Under the pieces are notes generated by a model. The model ran no database searches. It worked only from the letters and a program-made list of their open reading frames with translations, and was not told the DNA's origin. From the NCBI GenBank assembly GCA_022562055.1, contig JADFQA010000009.1, positions 17,255 through 81,254 of the forward strand: a DNA stretch of 64,000 nucleotides, given 5' to 3'. This document shows positions 36,712-44,694 of this stretch, piece by piece (within the stretch, counting starts at the first letter, position 1; each line of letters opens with the position of its first letter). The stretch comes from Acidobacteriota bacterium. Its GTDB lineage: Bacteria > Actinomycetota > Acidimicrobiia > Spongiisociales > UBA5794. A program made the translations under genes and the position numbers.

Positions 36712-37212
36712 CTACAGGTCGGACTCTTTTTCGTACTTGTCTAGTGCAACGATGAACATGACGAACAGGATCAGCGATGCAACGGTGAGTCCGATGGCGG
36801 GGATACGAACCTCAATGGCGTTGAGACCCTGGACGCTTGAGGGTCGAATGCCTCGCGGTGCGTAAACGACGAAAAGCGTAGACCCGATGGTCAACCAGCC
36901 AAACAATGCTGCGCCAGACACGAGAAGGGCCAGGCGTTTCCCAAGATTGGTGTAGATCAGCGCAACGCCGCTGCCGATGAAGGCGAGCAGTGCCGATCCG
37001 GCGATCAACAATCCGCGGGCGGCGACAGAGAATCTGGTGAGCTCCCCGGTTTCGTCGATCTGTTTGAAAATGTTGGTGTATGCGTCTCCGAGAACGCCCC
37101 GTGCCGCCGGGATGAAGGCAGTGAACGCGACGACAATCGCAAAGACTCCGAGTTTTTCCAGACCTGATAGTCCGGACTCGTCACGATGGATGCGATGGAG
37201 TAGCGTTTTCAC
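36712..37212 (-). CDS. Membrane protein, last gene of the cytochrome bc operon, with a Flp-prepilin-like N-terminus
   Basis: GTG at 37212 overlaps the stop of the cytochrome c gene. RDESG|LSGLE followed by a hydrophobic helix and three further TM segments. Confidence 0.75.
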   Translation of the reverse strand: MKTLLHRIHRDESGLSGLEKLGVFAIVVAFTAFIPAARGVLGDAYTNIFKQIDETGELTRFSVAARGLLIAGSALLAFIGSGVALIYTNLGKRLALLVSGAALFGWLTIGSTLFVVYAPRGIRPSSVQGLNAIEVRIPAIGLTVASLILFVMFIVALDKYEKESDL

Positions 37213-38807
37213 ATCGAGTCCTCGTAGATGGCGATGAGTTCGATGTCTCGTTGGCTGAGCATCTTTCCGAAGGCTGGCATACGCCCGGTGCCAATTCCGT
37301 TGATCCCGTAGGACTGGCCGAATGTGGTGCCTTTGATGATGAGTTTCAGATGATCTTCGAACCGAACAAACTGCGAATCGGCTCTGCCATCGAGCAACGA
37401 CGGACCCCACGCTCCCGACCCCGCGGGTTGTTCGTATGCAACACCTGCGGAGTATCCACCGGTGTGGCAACGGGCGCAGTATGCGTTGTACAGGCCGACA
37501 GCCCGGGTTGCCTCGTCCAATGAAAGCCCGGTGTTCGCGCTGACCTCGCTGAAGTCCGTGAACCACTTTCGATCCTTGGCAGACTGGACGAGGAAGCCCA
37601 TGGACGTGTTGGCAGTCAGCAGGAACGCTTCATTGCGTTCGGTCATGACCTGAAGGTTGAGGTGGCGTGCGCCGACCAAGGTGAGAAACTCGTCTACCTC
37701 GTCAAGGTCGCTCTCGAGCATCCCCGAGGCGTCAGCCATCGAGAATGGGTTGTCGGTTTCGAGGGCGAGCAAGAGGGCTTCGGTCTCGACAAACGAGACG
37801 ACAAACTCTCCATCGACCTTCTTGACGAGTCGTGTTTGCATCTGCTCGAACGCCAATTCGGACATGTCGTTCAGCGTGGTCTCGGCTGCATCGGTAATGC
37901 CGTCGCGATCCGTGTCGACTCCAGACGTCCCACATACTCGGTCGACGAGAGCTGCGGATTTACTCGTGCACGTTCCGTCACCACCGAGCAGGGCGCTGAG
38001 CTGCTCCGGGAAGGTTTCGATCGGCTTAAACCGCGACGGAGCGTCGGCGATGTCGTCGATAACCGCTTGCTGGATGAGGATCAATTCGGCGACCTTTTCG
38101 TCACCCGTCTCGAGGCGCTTGATAGCGGAGTCAACTGCAGGCTCGATCTTGCGCAACACGTCGCCCTGGGTAACACCAAAGTCCTCAATGTAGGCCATGA
38201 CTTGAAGAACCTCTTGAAACGTCATGGCGCCACCGCCGGGTATGCCGTTCGCAGGCATCGGTGTTCCCTGGCGCCCGTGGTTGATGATCCCCGAGATTTC
38301 TTCCTCGTCGAAAAGGAAAAAGAGGTCGTTTAGCGAGGGGGCGCTCCACGAGGTGCTGAGTCCCGATCGGACCTCGACGAAGCTTGCCCCGCCGCCGACA
38401 CCATCCGCTCCGTGACAATCGATGCAGGAGAACTGGTTGAACCATCTCTCTCCCTCATCGATGTCTTTTTCGTGGATTGCTTCCGCAGCGCCGATCTGGC
38501 GGTCGGCTTCGTTGAGGTAGTAGATGGGTACGACCAGAGCTAACACGGCCGCGGCGACCATTGCCGAGCGCAACACAGTGTTGAGCTGGACGTTCTCGAG
38601 ATCGCCGTCAGACAGATATGGCTGGAGGTTCTTTGCGGGCTCTTCGCCGCCTGACTGGGGCCGGGCGGCAATCCACAGCCACGCAATCCACATCACGAAC
38701 ACCGCGGTGGCGACGATCAGAACTATCGAACCAATGCCGACGTTTGGTGGTCCCGTGCCGGTTGGACGCGCTTCGACGAAGAAATACAACGTTTGTAAGT
38801 CAATCAA
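37209..38807 (-). CDS. Membrane-anchored di-heme c-type cytochrome (QcrC-like) with a large inter-heme insertion
   Basis: CIDCH...GTPMP and CARCH...GRMP (His/Met ligation), two N-terminal TM helices. Confidence 0.9.
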   Translation of the reverse strand: MIDLQTLYFFVEARPTGTGPPNVGIGSIVLIVATAVFVMWIAWLWIAARPQSGGEEPAKNLQPYLSDGDLENVQLNTVLRSAMVAAAVLALVVPIYYLNEADRQIGAAEAIHEKDIDEGERWFNQFSCIDCHGADGVGGGASFVEVRSGLSTSWSAPSLNDLFFLFDEEEISGIINHGRQGTPMPANGIPGGGAMTFQEVLQVMAYIEDFGVTQGDVLRKIEPAVDSAIKRLETGDEKVAELILIQQAVIDDIADAPSRFKPIETFPEQLSALLGGDGTCTSKSAALVDRVCGTSGVDTDRDGITDAAETTLNDMSELAFEQMQTRLVKKVDGEFVVSFVETEALLLALETDNPFSMADASGMLESDLDEVDEFLTLVGARHLNLQVMTERNEAFLLTANTSMGFLVQSAKDRKWFTDFSEVSANTGLSLDEATRAVGLYNAYCARCHTGGYSAGVAYEQPAGSGAWGPSLLDGRADSQFVRFEDHLKLIIKGTTFGQSYGINGIGTGRMPAFGKMLSQRDIELIAIYEDSM

Positions 38808-39670
38808 TTGCAGGCCGGTCCTTGCGGGTAGGCGACGCTCTTGACTTTGGCACGCGAAGTCTCGAACACTGTGCCAGTATGGATGATGAGGTTGTTTTCC
38901 TCGTCGACCGTGACCATGAACCGGTCCATGTTGCGAGGCGCCGGACCTTCAATGTATTCGCCGTGCAAGTTGTACTTCGACCCGTGACATGGGCACTCGA
39001 ATCCCTGCGACGGCAGACACTCAGGTACTCGGCACCCTAGGTGAGGACACCGGTGCCAGATCGCCATGATGCCCGGTTCGGCACCGGCACCAACGATCAC
39101 GCTGTCCGCGATGTCGGCGAGAATCGACGCGGATACATCTCCACGGAATGGCACAATCCACGCTTGCGCGGCAGGGATAGGCTTCGGCTTGATCGTGCCA
39201 TCGGCCTGAATGACCTCCGTCCGGAGATCGTCGATGTTGCCGGCTGAGATCGGTGAGCCAAATCCGCCTTTGACTTTTGGCCAAAGAAACGCAAGGTACG
39301 CAAGGCCCTGTGTAGCGAGAAATGTGCCGAAGAAACCGAGGATGGCGCGGTTGAAAAACATCCGCCGGGTCGCACCGTAGTCCTCTTCGGATACCACCTC
39401 GCGCTCCGTAAGCGGATCGGCGATCGGCCCTGCATCCTCAACAGCTTCGGGGACGAGGACCTCGATCGAATCAGACTCAGCGCTAGGCGCGGAGAGCTTT
39501 CGCGCCTCGGCCTTACGAGCCCTGCGGTCCGCTTTTGCAGCGCGCCTGTCGAACGATCCTGTTATCGGTCCTGCGTCGGGGCCGCGTCCGACAGCGATGC
39601 TCGCAACAGCAGCGACAACGAGGACAGTTACGAGTCCAATACCGATAATGAAGGCGGTTTGAGCGTCCAT
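38804..39670 (-). CDS. Rieske 2Fe-2S subunit of a menaquinol:cytochrome c reductase (QcrA/PetC-like)
   Basis: CPHLGC and CPCHGSKY; TRRMFFNR Tat-like anchor. Confidence 0.95.
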   Translation of the reverse strand: MDAQTAFIIGIGLVTVLVVAAVASIAVGRGPDAGPITGSFDRRAAKADRRARKAEARKLSAPSAESDSIEVLVPEAVEDAGPIADPLTEREVVSEEDYGATRRMFFNRAILGFFGTFLATQGLAYLAFLWPKVKGGFGSPISAGNIDDLRTEVIQADGTIKPKPIPAAQAWIVPFRGDVSASILADIADSVIVGAGAEPGIMAIWHRCPHLGCRVPECLPSQGFECPCHGSKYNLHGEYIEGPAPRNMDRFMVTVDEENNLIIHTGTVFETSRAKVKSVAYPQGPACN

Positions 39671-40506
39671 CAGAAATCGAAGAATATCCCGTCTACCCAG
39701 GGGAATGTGAAGTTAAACCCTGGGCCTCGGAAAAACGAGCCGTACGTCGTGAGCACCGCGGCTCCCATGAAGAAGAATGAAAAGATCATGATTGCTAGCT
39801 TGCGGTCAGACGGCCGAACTGATGGATTGCGGTCAATGTAGGGAATGAATGCCAGCGCGGCCAAACCGTATCCAGGCAGGATAATGCCGGCAACCATTGG
39901 ATCGAAGTAAGACAGCAATTCCTGCAAGCCGAGGAAGTACCACGGCGCCTTGGACGGGTTCGGTTGCTGGTTGAAGTTCGCAAACTCGAGCAGCGGCGCA
40001 TCGACGTAGATCGAGAAAACGAACAGTCCTGCGGTGACGACCAGCAGTGCTACAAACTCGATGGCGACCAGGTGCGGCCAAGTGTTCACTTTGTCCGTTG
40101 GCTCCCGCTTTGTCTGCTGGATTGCGCCAGCCCGGACGACTGTCAGAAGCCGTTGTGTGCGGACACCTTCTGGAATGGTCGGCATGGGTGCAGGAGTGCC
40201 GGCAGCGACCGGCGCCGACGCGGTCTGCGCTGCTTGGGGGGCGCCGCTCGTCGTTGCCGCCACTGGGACGCCGGAGATTTTCGCTCTTGCCGTCATTGAG
40301 CGTTGGAGGAGATCCTCAGGGACACCGAGTTCCGCTGATTCTGTGGAGATATCGCGTGCCGCGCCCACGGCTTCCGCCGTACTAGCGGAGGACGATGGGG
40401 GCGCCTCGCCTTTCATTTCAGCGAGAATCTCATCGACCGGACGGCCTGTTGCTTTGGCTTTTGCCTCGGCCGAGCGACGAAGAAGGTGTTCTGGAAGTCC
40501 TGCCAT
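39670..40506 (-). CDS. Cytochrome b6 subunit IV / PetD-like, with a repeated N-terminal extension
   Basis: ATG at 40506. WPHL..IEF, NPSKAPWYFLGLQELL and PYIDRNP..RP..R; three TM helices. Confidence 0.9.
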   Translation of the reverse strand: MAGLPEHLLRRSAEAKAKATGRPVDEILAEMKGEAPPSSSASTAEAVGAARDISTESAELGVPEDLLQRSMTARAKISGVPVAATTSGAPQAAQTASAPVAAGTPAPMPTIPEGVRTQRLLTVVRAGAIQQTKREPTDKVNTWPHLVAIEFVALLVVTAGLFVFSIYVDAPLLEFANFNQQPNPSKAPWYFLGLQELLSYFDPMVAGIILPGYGLAALAFIPYIDRNPSVRPSDRKLAIMIFSFFFMGAAVLTTYGSFFRGPGFNFTFPWVDGIFFDF

Positions 40507-40514
40507 CGTATTCC

Positions 40515-41288
40515 CTAGAGCGGCCCTGAGATGCCGCCGTCCTTGCGGACTCGCCAGAAGTGCACGGACATGAAGATGACGATGATAAATGGTAAGAACA
40601 GGACATGCAGTACATACCACCGCAGCAGTGTGTCTGGTGTGATTTGTGTGCCACCGATCAGCGCAAAGCTCACTTGCTCGCCGATGACGGGAGCATAGCT
40701 GCCCATGTTTGAACCGACGGTCACCGCCCACACTGCAAGCTGATCCCACGGCAGCAAGTAGCCCGTGAAGGAGAGCAGCAGTGTAAGAAGCAACAGCACG
40801 ATACCGACAACCCAGTTGAACTCGCGTGGTGGTTTGTAGGCGCCGTGATAAAACACACGGGCCATGTGGAGGAACACGGTCAGCACCATTGCATGCGCGC
40901 CCCACCGGTGCATATTCCTCACAACCTGACCAAACGTAACGTCGGTCGCCAACGCCTGGATGTCGAGATACGCCTGCGGCGACGTTGGTCGGTAATAGAA
41001 CATCAAGAAGATGCCCGTAATGGTGAGCAGGATAAAGAGGAAGAAACTCAGCCCGCCAAGACACAACGTATACGACAATCGGACGCCGTGGCGCTTCACC
41101 TTCACCGGATGCAGGTGATACAAAACGTTGTTCATGATCACGTATGACCGGTTGCGAGGGGTGTCGGCGTAACCATCGCGGAACGGCGAGCCGGGACGAA
41201 AAATACTCGACCACGCTGCAGAAGACCTGACGTGTTGTCCGGTCTCGGCAAGTTTCGACATCAACCCGTTTTTGCTTTTGTCGCTCAC
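40515..41288 (-). CDS. Cytochrome b6-type N-terminal cytochrome b (PetB-like)
   Basis: CLGG (heme ci site), [26 protein letters not shown], and LHV...HFW with 14 residues between the His ligands. Confidence 0.95.
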   Translation of the reverse strand: MSDKSKNGLMSKLAETGQHVRSSAAWSSIFRPGSPFRDGYADTPRNRSYVIMNNVLYHLHPVKVKRHGVRLSYTLCLGGLSFFLFILLTITGIFLMFYYRPTSPQAYLDIQALATDVTFGQVVRNMHRWGAHAMVLTVFLHMARVFYHGAYKPPREFNWVVGIVLLLLTLLLSFTGYLLPWDQLAVWAVTVGSNMGSYAPVIGEQVSFALIGGTQITPDTLLRWYVLHVLFLPFIIVIFMSVHFWRVRKDGGISGPL

Positions 41289-41366
41289 CTACGCTCCTCG
41301 TCTACATTCTTGGTGCGGTGCCGTGGGCTGCCGCCGAGTGCCTTGCGCACTCGCGCACTCGCGTAC

Positions 41367-41810
41367 TTACCAACGGATGCCATACATGTACCCGTTCTTG
41401 AAATCGCGCTGCCCAGTGTCGTGCTCCCACGGCGTTGCTTCAAATCCGTCGGTTTTGTCGGCTACGGAACCGCTGAATTTTCCGAGGCTGATAACCCCCG
41501 TGGGGCAGCGATCGATGCACAGAGCGCACCGTGTGCAGACATCTTCGTCGACGATAAAGAATCCGCCGTTTTCCTTGTTCTCGTCCGGATGATCCACGTT
41601 GACACCTTCTGAAATGGCGTCAAGCGAAAGGAAGTGGATGCACTTCCACGGGCAAATGTCAACGCATCCCTCGCAGATAATGCATTCCGACTCGTCGATG
41701 TGGAGAAACGTTTTCGGTTTGACGGCCGCCACCAGGTATGCGCCGTCGACCAACGCGAGCTGGTAGTCGTCTCGGATCGGTGGGAGGTCTTGCCACACGT
41801 CATTCGCCAC
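41367..41810 (-). CDS. 2x[4Fe-4S] ferredoxin
   Basis: CIICEGCVDICP and CTRCALCIDRCP. Confidence 0.95.
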   Translation of the reverse strand: MANDVWQDLPPIRDDYQLALVDGAYLVAAVKPKTFLHIDESECIICEGCVDICPWKCIHFLSLDAISEGVNVDHPDENKENGGFFIVDEDVCTRCALCIDRCPTGVISLGKFSGSVADKTDGFEATPWEHDTGQRDFKNGYMYGIRW

Positions 41811-41813
41811 GGG

Positions 41814-42422
41814 CTACCGCTCCTGCTTGACAGTTGGCCTGCCGAACGCCGAAATCGGCGTTACGGGGTCTGATTCGATGCGGTTCTTTTCGTAGGTTTG
41901 CCACTTCACCATGGCGACTGGGATGCCGATCAGAAGGTTTCCCGTCATGCCGGCTACGAGGATCTCTTTGAGGACCTCGTACGAGATCGAAATATCGTTG
42001 TTGAGTGCCAGCACGCGTGGAATCGTGAACAAGGTTCTTTGCGATGACCAATCGAGATCGGTTTGGGCAATGGTCAATAGTTGGTTCGGGATTACGCCAA
42101 AGAGCAGCATCACCATGGATGTGAATACGAATGCCCCGATGGCTGCTCGCGCCCAAGTCAACTGTCGGCGGTACAAGAATGCCAGTGTTATTCCCCCAAG
42201 CAGCATGAATATCCCGGTTAGGGAGATGGTTTGTGCCAGTGTGCGAATGGGCAAACCGCGCGGGATCGAGGGGTACAGCTCGCGACCGACGGAGTCCGTT
42301 GCAGGGAGGCCTACGAAATGCGCAAGCACCGCACCGCCGATAGCAGTGAAAACCCCAAGGACCGCGACAGCGATACCGATTCGGTAGAACGTGCGCAGTT
42401 GCTTTTCGTCCAGGGCCTTCAC
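41814..42422 (-). CDS. Hypothetical membrane protein, first gene of the bc operon
   Basis: Three to four hydrophobic helices, 3 nt upstream of the ferredoxin gene. Confidence 0.75.
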   Translation of the reverse strand: MKALDEKQLRTFYRIGIAVAVLGVFTAIGGAVLAHFVGLPATDSVGRELYPSIPRGLPIRTLAQTISLTGIFMLLGGITLAFLYRRQLTWARAAIGAFVFTSMVMLLFGVIPNQLLTIAQTDLDWSSQRTLFTIPRVLALNNDISISYEVLKEILVAGMTGNLLIGIPVAMVKWQTYEKNRIESDPVTPISAFGRPTVKQER

Positions 42423-42650
42423 CTCGTTGTCCGTCTCGTGCGAGACGCCTCATCCTGTCAGTACCGTCTAGGTCGGTACGCGCATTCTACGCATGTGAAG
42501 TCGTCTGTGAAATCCATGCCCTTTTGACCATCGTCTCGAAGGATATGACAATGCACTGGGTGCGAGGTCTACTCAGAGGTCACGCGACTCAGATGCCGCA
42601 CTCGCAAAGACTAGGCTGGCGTGGCGAAGACCTACCCAGGTTGAGTATGT

Positions 42651-42710
42651 GCTTTGGCCGAGCATTGAAAGCGATACGAGGCTTTGGCCGAGCATTGAAA
42701 GCGATACGAG
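42651..42710 (+). repeat. Perfect 30-bp tandem duplication
   Basis: GCTTTGGCCGAGCATTGAAAGCGATACGAG occurs twice with no spacer. Confidence 0.95.
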
Positions 42711-42722
42711 GAAACGAAAACG

Positions 42723-44687
42723 GTGACCGCCGATACCAGTCTTACCGATGACGCTTCTGCGTCCTCATCAGACGTACCCGACGCTTTCATAGATCACGCC
42801 AACGTGCGCGTGTTTGCAAAGCTTGCGGTGCTGTTTCTCGTCGTCTCCACAGTTCTCGGTTCCATCGCGGCTGTTTCTCTCGTGAATCCCACCGTTGCCG
42901 ATATCTCTAGGTTTCTCTCGTATGGCCGGTTGTACCCGGTGGCGACAAACTTGTTCATTAACGGTTGGTTGACTCTCGGGTTCCTCGCGGTCGTTATGTA
43001 TCTCGTGCCCAGACTGCTCAACAGATCTCTTGCAGCCGCTGGTTCCGCGGTAGTCGGCGCCGGACTGTATGCCGCTGGTGTCATCGCTGCGGCTGGGTTC
43101 GTCACGGTGCAAGGCGTTGACGGGAACGTCGGTTTTGAGGCGCCCTGGTATATCGACTTTGTCACCTTGATCGGCGTAATCCTGATTTCACGAGCCGTCG
43201 CGTTAACCGTCCGCAAGCGTCCGAAATCGGGCGACGGTGGCGCTGCACCTATTCCGCCGGTGGTGCTGTTTCTTACGGCAGGGGTCATTTGGTTGACCCT
43301 TGCGTTGGCAGTCGCACTGCCGTTTGGTGGTGGTCCGACGACTGGTCTTGGTGGGGTTCTCCAGAACATATTTGCCCGGGGCGCCATCGTGGGCCTGTGG
43401 TTAACGTCGGCGGGTTTTGGTGCCGTCTACTACATATCTCACCGCATCACCGGCGCCCCGAGCCGTGCCACTGACCGAAGCGTCTTGGCTGCCTTCTGGT
43501 CTGTCGCTGTCGTCATGCCGTTTTACGGGGCGACGCAATTGGCACACTCGGTCATGCCTGACTGGTTGGAGACGGTGGGGGCCATGTTTGCAATTGGTGC
43601 GCTATTGCCCGCGCTCATTCTAGCGAACGACCTCGCCAGGACAGTGCGATCGCGCATCGACAACGTGACCGATGCTGTCACGCTGAAGTGGCTTTCTTTC
43701 GGCACCGCTAGCTTCGTTGCTTTCATTGCACTCACGGTTCTCGGAACAATTCGTTCGGTTGCGGCAGTCGCGCAGTTGACGACGTGGACGTCGGGTATCG
43801 AGTTCCTCGCACTCGGCGGTGCCTTCACCGCTTGGTTGGTCGCCTTTTACCGGCACGCCGGTGTTGAGTTTTCGGGTAGACATGTCGACCGTGCAACTTC
43901 TGAGTGGCATCTCCGCCTTACCGTGCTCGGCGTGGTTGGTTTCGTTCTGGCTTCCATGTCCGCCGGCGTCGTTTCGGGATATGCCTGGATCGGCGCAGCG
44001 AATTCGCCCAACGTCGGAGTGACCGGCGTTGACTTTGCGCTGGCTTCGCAGCCGACGTTATTTGCGCTGGCCACCCGTGGCGCCTCCCTGGGCGTTTTCG
44101 CGTTAGGCGCTATCGTGTTCGCAGCGTCGCTGCTGGGTTCTGCGTCGCCGACCACTGACACGCCCGAGGTCGACTCCCTCGATGACGGTCGCTCCGTGCT
44201 CTCCGGCTCTCCGGTGGGATTCCCCAAGCTTGTCGGCGCCAGTGTCGGTCTGTTCATCGTGGCGATGTCGGTGGTGTGGCTCATTCCGTCGACCGAAGTG
44301 AACCCGACCGAAGGGACCATCCTTGGCGACACCACCAGAATGGAATCAGACGATGTGTTTGCGGCGGGTAAGGCCATCTATCTGCAAGAAGGATGTGTCT
44401 ACTGTCACACGCAGCAGGTCCGTCCAATTGTTACCGACGTCGATCTTGGCGCGGTGAGCGCGTACGGCGATTACGTGAACGAAGATGTTGTGCCCCTCGG
44501 TGTCGCCCGCCTCGGTCCCGATTTGATGCACGCCGGCACTGGCGAGGACACCGGGTCCGTTGTTTTCCTGCGTAGTTTTCTTGAAGATCCTCGGGCGGAG
44601 CGTTCTTGGTCCACAATGCCGAGCTATGCGCACCTCTCAGACGCTGAGATCGAAGCGCTTGCGATTTATCTGACCGGGCTTAAGTGA
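42723..44687 (+). CDS. Degenerate cbb3-type subunit I (CcoN-like, no heme/CuB His) fused to a CcoO-like cytochrome c
   Basis: CcoN-collinear segments SYGRLYPVATN, EAPWYID, YGATQLAHS.MPDWL and TTWTSGIEF. C-terminal GKAIYLQEGCVYCHTQQVRP, RLGPDL and STMPSY. Confidence 0.85.
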   Translation: MTADTSLTDDASASSSDVPDAFIDHANVRVFAKLAVLFLVVSTVLGSIAAVSLVNPTVADISRFLSYGRLYPVATNLFINGWLTLGFLAVVMYLVPRLLNRSLAAAGSAVVGAGLYAAGVIAAAGFVTVQGVDGNVGFEAPWYIDFVTLIGVILISRAVALTVRKRPKSGDGGAAPIPPVVLFLTAGVIWLTLALAVALPFGGGPTTGLGGVLQNIFARGAIVGLWLTSAGFGAVYYISHRITGAPSRATDRSVLAAFWSVAVVMPFYGATQLAHSVMPDWLETVGAMFAIGALLPALILANDLARTVRSRIDNVTDAVTLKWLSFGTASFVAFIALTVLGTIRSVAAVAQLTTWTSGIEFLALGGAFTAWLVAFYRHAGVEFSGRHVDRATSEWHLRLTVLGVVGFVLASMSAGVVSGYAWIGAANSPNVGVTGVDFALASQPTLFALATRGASLGVFALGAIVFAASLLGSASPTTDTPEVDSLDDGRSVLSGSPVGFPKLVGASVGLFIVAMSVVWLIPSTEVNPTEGTILGDTTRMESDDVFAAGKAIYLQEGCVYCHTQQVRPIVTDVDLGAVSAYGDYVNEDVVPLGVARLGPDLMHAGTGEDTGSVVFLRSFLEDPRAERSWSTMPSYAHLSDAEIEALAIYLTGLK

Positions 44688-44694
44688 GTTAAGA

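Noticed and set aside
37213-37566. N-terminal extension of ORF 36712..37566
   Set aside because: It overlaps the cytochrome c gene on the same strand. GTG 37212 gives a standard 4-nt stop/start overlap.
40507-41214. N-terminal half of the 514-aa ORF 39670..41214
   Set aside because: It overlaps cytochrome b6 in another frame. The real gene starts at ATG 40506 after a GGGAA RBS-like sequence.
42651-42710. CRISPR array
   Set aside because: Two directly adjacent copies with no spacer and no cas genes.
42723-44687. Functional cbb3 oxidase (ccoNO) or nitric oxide reductase
   Set aside because: None of the six conserved His ligands can be located, so no gene symbol was assigned.
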